From Thermodesulfobacteriota bacterium (lineage in GTDB: Bacteria > Desulfobacterota_D > UBA1144 > Nemesobacterales > UBA2774): 64,000 bases of DNA. The stretch covers positions 1,088,001-1,152,000 of the forward strand of contig OZ244991.1 of assembly GCA_965223335.1 (NCBI GenBank). The letters run 5' to 3'. Below the pieces are notes generated by a model that searched no databases, was not told the DNA's origin, and saw only the letters and a program-made list of their open reading frames with translations. Below are positions 41,779 through 52,144 of the stretch, in pieces (position 1 is the stretch's first letter; every line of letters begins with the position of its first letter). Both the position numbers and the translations under genes were made by a program.

Positions 41779-43008
41779 ATGAGTAACAAGGGTTTTACAA
41801 TCATAGAAATGTTAATCTCGGCCTCGATCCTATCGATAATGATCGTTGCCATGACAGTTGCCTTCCAACAGCAGCAGCGTCATTTCAACATAACAAAAGA
41901 AGCAGTGGATATGGACCAGACCGCAAGGTCTGTAATCGACTATATAGCATCCGAGATACGCAACTCCTCTGCGAGGCAGGGCAAGACGTTTAGCCTTAGC
42001 TTTACAAACGGAGGTAGCACGACGGGTCTTGATCCCGATGACCCCTGTGGAGCTAATACTGCTTCAGCGGGCACCAAGGACTCAGAGCCCGACTGCCTCA
42101 CGATATACACTTGGGACATCACCAAGGGTCAGTACACCGATGCTACAGGCAAGAGGATCTTTCCCTCATCTATGGCCCCTATGACGATAGTATCCCAGGG
42201 CCCCCCACTTGTGATACAGCTGCCTCAAGAGTGGTTCACAAAACCCGACGGTACACCTTTTACACCCCCGCTTATAGAAGCCGGGGACTTTTTAGGGTTC
42301 CGCTCAAGGATAAATCTCTGTCATCCAGACACAAACGTAGACTGCGGAGCTACTCCCACGCTGTGCACGGAGTGTGCAACGGTACTAGAGGTAAGCTCCG
42401 TAAACGTTAATAACAAGACTGCTACCATAAATGACGATTCTAGTTTAATAAAAGCACACAATTCAAACCAAACGTACTCAACCCTATCTAATTTTGTAAG
42501 CAATTTTATTTTACCAACCATAAGTTCCCAGTCCCACGAGATGACCCTGGTAAGCGGCAAGACGTTTAGAGTAGACCCGGAGACTAGGGCGTTTGAGATC
42601 TCAGAGAACGGAGAGGATTTCGAGACAGCAGCCGGGGGGTTCGATGCCCCCGGGATAGTGGACATACAGTACGTGTTTAACCTGCAGAACCCCGATGGAT
42701 CCATTACAAAAGTGGGTGTTGCCCCCGCAGCGGCTGATAACAGGTTCTCGGATTTTAGTGACGCCACACTGGTAGGAAGGGAACAGGACATAAGGTCAGT
42801 CGAGATATACGTGGTGGTTAAATCAAAGATAAAGCCCGTAAAGATACAGGGTGGGTATTACAGGAAGAACATACCCGCAGTAGGGGATGTAACAATCCGT
42901 ACAGTAGCCAATCCATCGGATTACCAAGAGCCCGAGGAGGGGTTTGCGTACAAGGTGTTTTCAGCGGTTGTGTACGTACGCAACTTTGCCCGGGAGGAAT
43001 TCGGATGA
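41779..43008 (+). CDS. pilW: Type IV minor pilin, PilW-like (copy 1)
   Basis: KG|FTIIE prepilin site; ARS..D.I..EIR helix; GIVDIQY.F and IRSVEI.V motifs; C-terminal V.VRN. Confidence 0.8.
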   Translation: MSNKGFTIIEMLISASILSIMIVAMTVAFQQQQRHFNITKEAVDMDQTARSVIDYIASEIRNSSARQGKTFSLSFTNGGSTTGLDPDDPCGANTASAGTKDSEPDCLTIYTWDITKGQYTDATGKRIFPSSMAPMTIVSQGPPLVIQLPQEWFTKPDGTPFTPPLIEAGDFLGFRSRINLCHPDTNVDCGATPTLCTECATVLEVSSVNVNNKTATINDDSSLIKAHNSNQTYSTLSNFVSNFILPTISSQSHEMTLVSGKTFRVDPETRAFEISENGEDFETAAGGFDAPGIVDIQYVFNLQNPDGSITKVGVAPAAADNRFSDFSDATLVGREQDIRSVEIYVVVKSKIKPVKIQGGYYRKNIPAVGDVTIRTVANPSDYQEPEEGFAYKVFSAVVYVRNFAREEFG

Positions 43009-43052
43009 TCTTACGGGGTAGAGGAAATAGTTAATTTAGGAGACGGATATTA

Positions 43053-43673
43053 ATGGTTATTAACGAGAGAAAACATAAAAATCATAGGAAGGGAGAGAGA
43101 GGGATAGCGATAATCCTAGCGCTTATAATGCTATTGGTAATGTCGGTGCTGGCAATAACAATCTCGTTTAACTCCAATATGGATTTCCGCACTATGTCTA
43201 ACTACAAGAGGGGACAGGAAGCATTTTTGGCGGCCGAGAGGTGTGTGGCCCTTGTAAGGAACCAGTTTGAAACACTTGGGATCGAGGTCATTTTCTTTCA
43301 ACTTCAGAGCAATAACCCTATTGGGCTAGAGGAGCTGATTGCAAAGAGTGGAGTGGATTGCAATACCGACCCCGAGCTATGTGCGGTGTGCAGGACAGGG
43401 CAGAGGGAGTTTAACAGGACCTCTCCATCCGATCCTGCACCTTTTGTAGACGTACCGCCGCCTTCAAAGACCACAGGCAGGCCGATTAAACACACGAGCC
43501 TGGCATCAGGGGGTTTGGGGGGAGCAGCGCTGGTTACAACCACGTTTGTAGTAACGGGCAAGGATGTGAGGGATGAGGATAAAGACGACACAGATCCAGA
43601 TATAAACACGGGGACCGAGATAGCGGGTGGATTCGAAACATTTGTTCCGGGAGGTGCAAGTAATGTTTACTAG
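43053..43673 (+). CDS. pilX: Type IV minor pilin, PilX-like (copy 1)
   Basis: RG|IAIILAL lacking Glu5 as in PilX/PilK; N......AF.AAE motif. Confidence 0.85.
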   Translation: MVINERKHKNHRKGERGIAIILALIMLLVMSVLAITISFNSNMDFRTMSNYKRGQEAFLAAERCVALVRNQFETLGIEVIFFQLQSNNPIGLEELIAKSGVDCNTDPELCAVCRTGQREFNRTSPSDPAPFVDVPPPSKTTGRPIKHTSLASGGLGGAALVTTTFVVTGKDVRDEDKDDTDPDINTGTEIAGGFETFVPGGASNVY

Positions 43674-46600
43674 TTTTAAGAGAGGCAAAAGGCAAATTTT
43701 TACAAGAATTACTATATTTACATTACTTTTGGCGTTTATGTTGGTCTCGGGTGCCCAGGGCAGGGATATTATAAAGAACCAGGTAGAGGATATAGATATC
43801 CTCATATCCCAGGTGTTCGGTGGTGAGCCCAATGTGCTTATGATATACGACAGCTCACTTTTGATGGGAGTTAACTTCGCCGGGAACCAAACCGGCAATT
43901 GGGACGATGTGGATGTAACCACTACGTGTAATGATCCCAATATCCAATTTGTGTGTGCTCAACAAGGAGCAACTTCCACTGACTGTCAATCAGCCATAGC
44001 TCACTGCACAGGTAATGCAGCGGGGTTAAACCCATGCGGCAGTTTGGCGTGCTCGGGCTCAAGAAGCGGGACATGTGAGCAGGGAGAACAGTTCCTTGAG
44101 TTTCTGGAGTGTATCGAAGACACATATCCGGCCAGCATTGTCGATGCTGCATATACCGCAGCTATGCCTATAGCGTGTAAACAGACCGGAAACGATCCGA
44201 GAACCCTATGTTTTGACGGAGGAGGGTACTTAGACGAGGCAGAGCGTGCGGTTGCTGCAGATTTTATAGAGAACTACGCGCTTTTTCTGGCCAATGATCA
44301 AGGTGTTGTGTTAACACCCAATAGCAGGTTAAACCCCGCATTCGATACTAGTAGCGTACCGCCCTTAAACTGCGGAGCTAGTGCGTGTGCTACCGGTACA
44401 GATACTGATAAATCGTGCGGTAATGATTTCCCAGCGTTCGATACATGCAGTAATAGTACAAACATTCAGCCCTCGGCTACCGCTTGTACCGCGGGCCAAT
44501 CGTGCGCCCCGGGATTTAACGGCAGCACTCGGTTAGATATGGTCATAGCATCGTTCTTTGACATTATTGACGCCGACGATTCACTCCAGAACACCAACTG
44601 TCGCGATGAAAATGGTCTACTCACAGGCATTAACAACGAAACTATTACTTGTGAAGAATTCTTAAACACTCCCTTTAGAGACTCGGGAGCTATAACATCA
44701 GTTAACAATGCGAGATTACCTAGTATAGGGGGTGGACAAGCCCCTAGAATGATCGACCTCTTGGACATAAATGACCAAAGGGAGCTCGGTATCAGAATCC
44801 GCCCTGTAGCATTCGGTTTAGGTGATCTAGACGGAAATACTAGCTGTACCGGCAATGGTGCAATTGCGGGTCCTCAGGGTGGTTTTGCCGGGGGTAGCCA
44901 GCTAAATATTGATAACGTTTGGAAGTTTTTTAGAGACTTAACACCCGAGGGCCGGTCCAACCTTGCCGGTGTCATAGGCATTGACGACAGTTCAGCCTCA
45001 AACAGCACCTATGGCGACGATGCTCTTAGGGATTTCCGTATTCAGATTCAGACCGGTGGTACAAGCGAGTGCGCGCCTAACTTTGCAATAATCATTAGTA
45101 ATGGGCAGGACCAGTGTTCAGGGGACGGCACCGCTCTACCGGGGTCAGTTCAAAGCAACACCAATTTCCCCCCTGAAACCGGTAACGCAAACAGACGCAG
45201 CACACTTCAGGCTGTAAGCAACCTCAGGACCCACTTTGTCAGGAACCCCCAGTCTTCCCAAAGCGGAAATGTAGTGTCCGAAGTGCTTAGCTTTGTAATA
45301 TGCCTTGGGGTGAGCAATTCAAAGTCTATAAGGGCCTGTAATCTGATGGCTATAACGGGTGGGACGAGTAGTAACGGCATTATCCAGCACCTTGGTCCAA
45401 ACGGCGTGAGCGGGGCATTCGATATAGACGCTACATCCCTATCTGCAGGGATAAAAGCTGTAGGTAAAGCTGAGGTAGGGGCTGCCAACCTCACGACTAA
45501 TCCTGCTGCCGTAACCCTACAAAACTGCATGGAGACCAATGCTGCTGAGGGTGCGCCTATGGCTACGGCACTAAATGGTCCACATTGCGATTTTGGCCCT
45601 GCAGCTGATTTTGAGGTATTTCCCAACGAGCTTTTTGATTCAACTGCCCCAAGCTCTCTCGATTCAACGAGTATCGGCAACAGCTACGCATTCTTTGTGA
45701 ATTCACCCCAAGAGTTAAAGGTGGCATTCGATACAATCTTTGGGTTCATCGATACATTCCCCACCGCCGGTGTCTCACCTACCGCACCACAGTCCTCTAC
45801 GGCCGTGGCAGCTAGGGACAGGATACTGCTCGCCTTGATCCGCCCGATAACCGATAAGCGGTTTTGGCAGGGCCGGTTGGCCCTCTACGGCTTTGTCCCT
45901 GTTCCCGGGTCTTCCGGTGCAAGGACGGTTATAAGGAAACCCTCACCAGGCGATGATCTAACCAACGCATCAGTGGTTGAGGACCTGTCAATATTTGCAG
46001 ATGACGGTTCACTTAATTCCAATGCACAGATGTTCTTTTGGGAAGCCGGCAAGGAGCTTGCAGAGCGCGACCTATCCTCGGATCAACGGAGAATATTTAC
46101 AGTTGATCGTACAAGCGATGTAGACCAGGAGACAAGCGGCGGGGTAGTCGAGAGAATAAGGTACGAGGGTGAGAGGACGGATTTTTGTTTAGCCGGGTCT
46201 ACGGGGTGTAACCCTGGTCTCGACGCCACGGATTTCGGTATCACGGATGACGATGTTACTGATCCAATTCCCCAGTTTTGCACCGGTGCCACACTAGCTG
46301 ACGGCTCGCCCAACATCGGATATGTAGCAGACTGTAATGCAGACTGTGCCGTGTTGCCGTTTACCGCTGCGTGCAAAACATGTGTAAAGGACTGTATAAC
46401 CCAGAAAGTTATAGACTTTTTTACAGGCGAAACCTATATACAAACTCGTAACGATCCCCTGGGCGAGCCTACCGAGGATGCGTGTCCGGCCACTGGACCG
46501 GGCATTATAGGGTGTGACTGCCCGGATTTTGAGGCCGATCCCCCAGTGTTAACATTTGAAAACTGTTCAGTGCGCCTTGGTGATATTTTCCACGGGGGGC

Positions 46601-48597
46601 CGATCCTCGTGGCTTCCCCAAACCCGCTTTTCTTTGATGTAGGGTTTCAAGCGTTTGGTGTGAATTTTAGGGACCGATCGGCGGCAGTATATGCAAACGC
46701 AAACGACGGAGGTGTACACAGCTTCCACGCCGGCGAGCTTGTAGAAGCTACTCCCTCAAGCCCCGAAACCAATCCCTTTACCAACCAGGACGAGGTCGTA
46801 TCGTTTTTCAGCCCCGGCACGGGGAAGGAGCTCTTTAATTTCATTACCCCTTCATTTCAGCCCGACTCAAGGTCTCAAAACGACCCATTCACACCGGCTG
46901 ATCCAAGTGGGACAAGTATTACGGGAATCCCACCCGACTACCGTTTCGGTGACATGAAGACATTCATAGCCGAGAACATGTTCCAAAGATCATGGTTCGA
47001 CAGTACTCCTGTGGTAGCCGATGTGTTTATGGACGGGTACGAGAATGGTATACAGGACGGTGGGCTTACCGGCTGCTCAAGTACCGTATCTACGGACGGC
47101 GAGATCGATGTATGTGGTAAGGAATGGCACACGGTGCTTATGACCGCATACCGAAACGGCGGCGGAGCCTATACGGCGATTGATGTAACCAACTTGGCGT
47201 GCAGCAACGATAACTGCGATGCGGTTGATTTACATAAAAATACGGGCCCCGAGTATCCGCGCCACCTATGGACACTGTTTGACAAAGACTTCGGCAACAG
47301 CTGGTCAGACGTAACAATAGGCAGGGCACGTATGCAGACCGAAAGCGGCGGCAATACAATACTTGTGGATAGGTGGCTTATGTATATAGGGGGCGGACTC
47401 GATCCCATAGACACCGATCCCCTGGACGGTGTCCAGTTCGGCAACGCATTTTATGTTATAGATATAACAACCGGGCAGATTGTGTTTAAGTTCCACCCCA
47501 CTGACCCTATACCCACAAACTTCCCCGATCCCGGCAACGAGAAGATCAAGATGACTTGTGATATGGCCGCTAAAGTGGGCGCCTTTGACCTAAACAATGA
47601 TGGTTATGTAGATGTTGTATACGCGGGGGATACGTGCGGGCGCCTTTGGGAATTTGATGTCTCGATGCCTATAATCGATACGGATAATAATGTGTCGAAC
47701 ACAGGACTCAGGGGTAACCCCTCGGGCTCAGACCCCGATATAGAGGCCAGTGACTGGACCGGGCACATTGCGTTTTGCGCTGTGGACGACATATCCGATT
47801 GCAATAACACCTCCAATATCGCCCCCGATCAGAGGGAAGCAATATTTTTTGCTCCTACACTTGTGCTTGACGACCTGGGACGCAGACACGTCATAGTAGG
47901 CACGGGCAATAGAAGGAACCCAAGCACCATTACCCAGTTCGGGAGGCTCTATAATTTCATTGATCCCTTCATCCCGGCTTTCTTGGCCGGCGGCGGAGCG
48001 GTAGGAGCCACGACAAAGACCAGGGACGATTTTGATCCTTCGGCTGGACAGGTATTAAACCTGGTACCTTCCGGAAACGGCGATAATCTCTTTAATATCC
48101 AGGGGACCGATCCCCAGAACAACCAGGGTGAGTTTATGGTGAACTTCCCCAATAATTTAGATTCAAGCGGTGGGAACACCACGGTTGACCCGAAAGGAGA
48201 GAAAGCAATCGGTGTACCTGTGGTTATTAATAGGGTGCTTATATTCACCACATTCGCACCGCCCACGGGCAGCGGTTCAACCAACGCGTGCATTGCCGGT
48301 ACCGGCGAGGGGCGTATATTTGCGCTTGATTATCTGACGGGGGTACCGGCACTAAACCGTGTGCCAGGGGCAAGTGAATTGCTTAGCAACCAATCAAACC
48401 CCGACGATATTTCGGGGCTCACAGCTGCCGAGGGCATGCCTTCCCCCGCACAGCTTACCTACGGCACAAGGGGTTCAGTACTCTTGACCGTTGCGTTCTC
48501 AGGTGGGCCTAGCTTGGGAGGAGCATCTTTCTTTGTTTGGGAGCTTCCACCGTTCCCGTCTAGAACACAGACCTTGTATTGGGAAGAGATATTGTAA
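43663..48597 (+). CDS. pilY1: PilY1/PilC-family pilus tip adhesin (copy 1; degenerate vWA, Cys-rich)
   Basis: Signal peptide, vWA-like region, W.GRL, LGDIFH..P, ANDG..H.F, G.ELF.F, Ca-binding-like DLNNDGYVD.VYAGD; ATG 43663 overlaps the pilX end. Confidence 0.88.
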   Translation: MFTSFKRGKRQIFTRITIFTLLLAFMLVSGAQGRDIIKNQVEDIDILISQVFGGEPNVLMIYDSSLLMGVNFAGNQTGNWDDVDVTTTCNDPNIQFVCAQQGATSTDCQSAIAHCTGNAAGLNPCGSLACSGSRSGTCEQGEQFLEFLECIEDTYPASIVDAAYTAAMPIACKQTGNDPRTLCFDGGGYLDEAERAVAADFIENYALFLANDQGVVLTPNSRLNPAFDTSSVPPLNCGASACATGTDTDKSCGNDFPAFDTCSNSTNIQPSATACTAGQSCAPGFNGSTRLDMVIASFFDIIDADDSLQNTNCRDENGLLTGINNETITCEEFLNTPFRDSGAITSVNNARLPSIGGGQAPRMIDLLDINDQRELGIRIRPVAFGLGDLDGNTSCTGNGAIAGPQGGFAGGSQLNIDNVWKFFRDLTPEGRSNLAGVIGIDDSSASNSTYGDDALRDFRIQIQTGGTSECAPNFAIIISNGQDQCSGDGTALPGSVQSNTNFPPETGNANRRSTLQAVSNLRTHFVRNPQSSQSGNVVSEVLSFVICLGVSNSKSIRACNLMAITGGTSSNGIIQHLGPNGVSGAFDIDATSLSAGIKAVGKAEVGAANLTTNPAAVTLQNCMETNAAEGAPMATALNGPHCDFGPAADFEVFPNELFDSTAPSSLDSTSIGNSYAFFVNSPQELKVAFDTIFGFIDTFPTAGVSPTAPQSSTAVAARDRILLALIRPITDKRFWQGRLALYGFVPVPGSSGARTVIRKPSPGDDLTNASVVEDLSIFADDGSLNSNAQMFFWEAGKELAERDLSSDQRRIFTVDRTSDVDQETSGGVVERIRYEGERTDFCLAGSTGCNPGLDATDFGITDDDVTDPIPQFCTGATLADGSPNIGYVADCNADCAVLPFTAACKTCVKDCITQKVIDFFTGETYIQTRNDPLGEPTEDACPATGPGIIGCDCPDFEADPPVLTFENCSVRLGDIFHGGPILVASPNPLFFDVGFQAFGVNFRDRSAAVYANANDGGVHSFHAGELVEATPSSPETNPFTNQDEVVSFFSPGTGKELFNFITPSFQPDSRSQNDPFTPADPSGTSITGIPPDYRFGDMKTFIAENMFQRSWFDSTPVVADVFMDGYENGIQDGGLTGCSSTVSTDGEIDVCGKEWHTVLMTAYRNGGGAYTAIDVTNLACSNDNCDAVDLHKNTGPEYPRHLWTLFDKDFGNSWSDVTIGRARMQTESGGNTILVDRWLMYIGGGLDPIDTDPLDGVQFGNAFYVIDITTGQIVFKFHPTDPIPTNFPDPGNEKIKMTCDMAAKVGAFDLNNDGYVDVVYAGDTCGRLWEFDVSMPIIDTDNNVSNTGLRGNPSGSDPDIEASDWTGHIAFCAVDDISDCNNTSNIAPDQREAIFFAPTLVLDDLGRRHVIVGTGNRRNPSTITQFGRLYNFIDPFIPAFLAGGGAVGATTKTRDDFDPSAGQVLNLVPSGNGDNLFNIQGTDPQNNQGEFMVNFPNNLDSSGGNTTVDPKGEKAIGVPVVINRVLIFTTFAPPTGSGSTNACIAGTGEGRIFALDYLTGVPALNRVPGASELLSNQSNPDDISGLTAAEGMPSPAQLTYGTRGSVLLTVAFSGGPSLGGASFFVWELPPFPSRTQTLYWEEIL

Positions 48598-48614
48598 TGA
48601 GGGGAGGCAAAGCG

Positions 48615-49172
48615 ATGAAGTTTCTCAAAAACAATAAAGGGTACAACATCATAGAAGTGCTCATCGTTGCGTCTGTGATGTCTATAATAATTGTTGTCGG
48701 GGCGTCTAATTTTTCCAGCAAATTCGCATTGCGCCGCTCTGTGGACGACACCACGCACAAGATTACCTCCACACTGCAGTTCATCAAACTGAAGGCGGGC
48801 CGAGAAGGTGTGGAGTACCAAGCCGAGCTGGATTTTGACCCAGTTACCCAAGTGCTGACTATCACTACGAACAGGGGTGACAGCAATATAAACTCTGCAA
48901 ATTTTACCGAAGAGGATGTGAACGAAGTAAAGTTGCTTTCGGATGTAATAATTGTTCCGTCCACACACACATTAATTTATAGACCCAACGGTACTATTGC
49001 TGCATCTGGTGTCGGGGACCTGGCTATCCATCCTCTTGCGGGTTCTGTCATAGAAAAATGCGGTGGGATATCCATAAACAGGTTCGGCAGGCTTAACATA
49101 GTGAATGGCAACTGGGACTACAACACGAATGAGTGCCATAGAATCGGAGACGATCAGGCAGTGCCTAATTAA
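48615..49172 (+). CDS. FimT/FimU (GspH)-like minor pilin (copy 1)
   Basis: GGAGG RBS; KG|YNIIEVLIV prepilin site; L...K..A helix, Y.PNG and I...GR motifs. Confidence 0.75.
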   Translation: MKFLKNNKGYNIIEVLIVASVMSIIIVVGASNFSSKFALRRSVDDTTHKITSTLQFIKLKAGREGVEYQAELDFDPVTQVLTITTNRGDSNINSANFTEEDVNEVKLLSDVIIVPSTHTLIYRPNGTIAASGVGDLAIHPLAGSVIEKCGGISINRFGRLNIVNGNWDYNTNECHRIGDDQAVPN

Positions 49173-49292
49173 TTATGACGATGCTCCAATAATATGAAAA
49201 AATTTATCCTAAAGCAGCTTAAATAGACTATTTTCGTTTTAATAATTTTTGCCCGTTCAGTGGAACATTTTTTTATATAATAACCCAAAAAA

Positions 49293-49417
49293 CGTGCAAA
49301 ATACTGCACGCCTAGGCCTAATTTTGCATCCTCTGCAAATTGCCAGGCTTCAATTTCACAAAACCGCTAATCATCATTAATAGACTCTGCTATGTATTAA
49401 TATGGCACGGATGTTGC
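49293..49417 (+). promoter_or_regulatory. Sigma54-type promoter and upstream enhancer-like palindrome of pil cassette 2
   Basis: Consensus TGGCAC-N5-TTGC at 49403-49417; palindrome CGTGCA-N6-TGCACG at 49293-49310. Confidence 0.8.
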
Positions 49418-49452
49418 CAAAAGAGTGAGTACCTGATACGGAGGGGTACGGA

Positions 49453-50214
49453 ATGAGAATAGGGATGAGAGCATTGCACAGACAAGAGGGGTTCACATTA
49501 ACAGAAATCCTCATGGCGCTCATGATCATGATGATCGGTTTTTTAGCCATGGCCCAGATGCAGTTCCTGTCACTTAAACAGGGACAGATGGCAGAATCGG
49601 GCACAGTCGCAACAAACGCCCTTCAGTTTGTAAGCGATAGGGATATGAAGGAGGCCAGGAGACTCCACCTACTTAATGCAGCGGTCTACGTAGAAGCTCA
49701 ATCCGGGACCGCGCCTGCTAGCTTATCAACTGAGTACTGCGACGGTACGCCACCCGCAAGTTGTCCCAATCCCCCTTGTGCTGACCCCTGCACAAACTGT
49801 CCATGCAACCCGCTTGAGATTATCACCCCCAACCCAACGGACGGGACCACAGAGATCACATGCGCGGCGTTAAACGAAAAGAACTTCGACCCCGATAAGA
49901 TTGTGTATCGCACCACAAAAGCGCAGTGCGAAACAGATGCAAACGACATTATTAACAACGATGCAGGACAGCCGATATATATAGTAAAGGAAGTGTCAAC
50001 TGATGTAGTACAAGCTGTGGGGCAGCCCGATGTGTTTAACCTGACCATTACCTACGCCATAAAGAACATGAAACAGTTTGATAATACGGGAATAACCAGT
50101 GTTGAAATAGCGCACAGCCTAGCGAGCCAGTCCTATGTAGTAAGTGCGCACACAGACGACTGGTCGGGCTTTATACCCGGATGGAATACGGTGAACATCC
50201 CAAATGTGCCGTAG
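49453..50214 (+). CDS. pilV: Type IV minor pilin, PilV-like (copy 2)
   Basis: Different leader peptide; mature part differs from copy 1 at 3 residues. Confidence 0.75.
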   Translation: MRIGMRALHRQEGFTLTEILMALMIMMIGFLAMAQMQFLSLKQGQMAESGTVATNALQFVSDRDMKEARRLHLLNAAVYVEAQSGTAPASLSTEYCDGTPPASCPNPPCADPCTNCPCNPLEIITPNPTDGTTEITCAALNEKNFDPDKIVYRTTKAQCETDANDIINNDAGQPIYIVKEVSTDVVQAVGQPDVFNLTITYAIKNMKQFDNTGITSVEIAHSLASQSYVVSAHTDDWSGFIPGWNTVNIPNVP

Positions 50215-50249
50215 TGATAAGAATGAATGGATATAAATGGGAGATATAG

Positions 50250-51479
50250 ATGAGTAACAAGGGTTTTACAATCATAGAAATGTTAATCTCGGCCTCGATC
50301 CTATCGATAATGATCGTTGCCATGACAGTTGCCTTCCAACAGCAGCAGCGTCATTTCAACATAACAAAAGAAGCAGTGGATATGGACCAGACCGCAAGGT
50401 CTGTAATCGACTATATAGCATCCGAGATACGCAACTCCTCTGCGAGGCAGGGCAAGACGTTTAGCCTTAGCTTTACAAACGGAGGTAGCACGACGGGTCT
50501 TGATCCCGATGACCCCTGTGGAGCTAATACTGCTTCAGCGGGCACCAAGGACTCAGAGCCCGACTGCCTCACGATATACACTTGGGACATCACCAAGGGT
50601 CAGTACACCGATGCTACAGGCAAGAGGATCTTTCCCTCATCTATGGCCCCTATGACGATAGTATCCCAGGGCCCCCCACTTGTGATACAGCTGCCTCAAG
50701 AGTGGTTCACAAAACCCGACGGTACACCTTTTACACCCCCGCTTATAGAAGCCGGGGACTTTTTAGGGTTCCGCTCAAGGATAAATCTCTGTCATCCAGA
50801 CACAAACGTAGACTGCGGAGCTACTCCCACGCTGTGCACGGAGTGTGCAACGGTACTAGAGGTAAGCTCCGTAAACGTTAATAACAAGACTGCTACCATA
50901 AATGACGATTCTAGTTTAATAAAAGCACACAATTCAAACCAAACGTACTCAACCCTATCTAATTTTGTAAGCAATTTTATTTTACCAACCATAAGTTCCC
51001 AGTCCCACGAGATGACCCTGGTAAGCGGCAAGACGTTTAGAGTAGACCCGGAGACTAGGGCGTTTGAGATCTCAGAGAACGGAGAGGATTTCGAGACAGC
51101 AGCCGGGGGGTTCGATGCCCCCGGGATAGTGGACATACAGTACGTGTTTAACCTGCAGAACCCCGATGGATCCATTACAAAAGTGGGTGTTGCCCCCGCA
51201 GCGGCTGATAACAGGTTCTCGGATTTTAGTGACGCCACACTGGTAGGAAGGGAACAGGACATAAGGTCAGTCGAGATATACGTGGTGGTTAAATCAAAGA
51301 TAAAGCCCGTAAAGATACAGGGTGGGTATTACAGGAAGAACATACCCGCAGTAGGGGATGTAACAATCCGTACAGTAGCCAATCCATCGGATTACCAAGA
51401 GCCCGAGGAGGGGTTTGCGTACAAGGTGTTTTCAGCGGTTGTGTACGTACGCAACTTTGCCCGGGAGGAATTCGGATGA
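50250..51479 (+). CDS. pilW: Type IV minor pilin, PilW-like (copy 2)
   Basis: Translation identical to 41779-43008. Confidence 0.8.
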   Translation: MSNKGFTIIEMLISASILSIMIVAMTVAFQQQQRHFNITKEAVDMDQTARSVIDYIASEIRNSSARQGKTFSLSFTNGGSTTGLDPDDPCGANTASAGTKDSEPDCLTIYTWDITKGQYTDATGKRIFPSSMAPMTIVSQGPPLVIQLPQEWFTKPDGTPFTPPLIEAGDFLGFRSRINLCHPDTNVDCGATPTLCTECATVLEVSSVNVNNKTATINDDSSLIKAHNSNQTYSTLSNFVSNFILPTISSQSHEMTLVSGKTFRVDPETRAFEISENGEDFETAAGGFDAPGIVDIQYVFNLQNPDGSITKVGVAPAAADNRFSDFSDATLVGREQDIRSVEIYVVVKSKIKPVKIQGGYYRKNIPAVGDVTIRTVANPSDYQEPEEGFAYKVFSAVVYVRNFAREEFG

Positions 51480-51523
51480 TCTTACGGGGTAGAGGAAATA
51501 GTTAATTTAGGAGACGGATATTA

Positions 51524-52144
51524 ATGGTTATTAACGAGAGAAAACATAAAAATCATAGGAAGGGAGAGAGAGGGATAGCGATAATCCTAGCGCTTATAAT
51601 GCTATTGGTAATGTCGGTGCTGGCAATAACAATCTCGTTTAACTCCAATATGGATTTCCGCACTATGTCTAACTACAAGAGGGGACAGGAAGCATTTTTG
51701 GCGGCCGAGAGGTGTGTGGCCCTTGTAAGGAACCAGTTTGAAACACTTGGGATCGAGGTCATTTTCTTTCAACTTCAGAGCAATAACCCTATTGGGCTAG
51801 AGGAGCTGATTGCAAAGAGTGGAGTGGATTGCAATACCGACCCCGAGCTATGTGCGGTGTGCAGGACAGGGCAGAGGGAGTTTAACAGGACCTCTCCATC
51901 CGATCCTGCACCTTTTGTAGACGTACCGCCGCCTTCAAAGACCACAGGCAGGCCGATTAAACACACGAGCCTGGCATCAGGGGGTTTGGGGGGAGCAGCG
52001 CTGGTTACAACCACGTTTGTAGTAACGGGCAAGGATGTGAGGGATGAGGATAAAGACGACACAGATCCAGATATAAACACGGGGACCGAGATAGCGGGTG
52101 GATTCGAAACATTTGTTCCGGGAGGTGCAAGTAATGTTTACTAG
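51524..52144 (+). CDS. pilX: Type IV minor pilin, PilX-like (copy 2)
   Basis: Translation identical to 43053-43673. Confidence 0.85.
   Translation: MVINERKHKNHRKGERGIAIILALIMLLVMSVLAITISFNSNMDFRTMSNYKRGQEAFLAAERCVALVRNQFETLGIEVIFFQLQSNNPIGLEELIAKSGVDCNTDPELCAVCRTGQREFNRTSPSDPAPFVDVPPPSKTTGRPIKHTSLASGGLGGAALVTTTFVVTGKDVRDEDKDDTDPDINTGTEIAGGFETFVPGGASNVY

Larger units (their letters stand above)
41013..43682 (+). repeat. 2,670-bp direct repeat, copy 1 (pilV-pilW-pilX)
   Basis: Matches 49484-52153 at offset 8471; 7 substitutions seen, all in 41013-41462; PilW, PilX and alternative-frame ORFs are identical in the ORF track. Confidence 0.95.
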
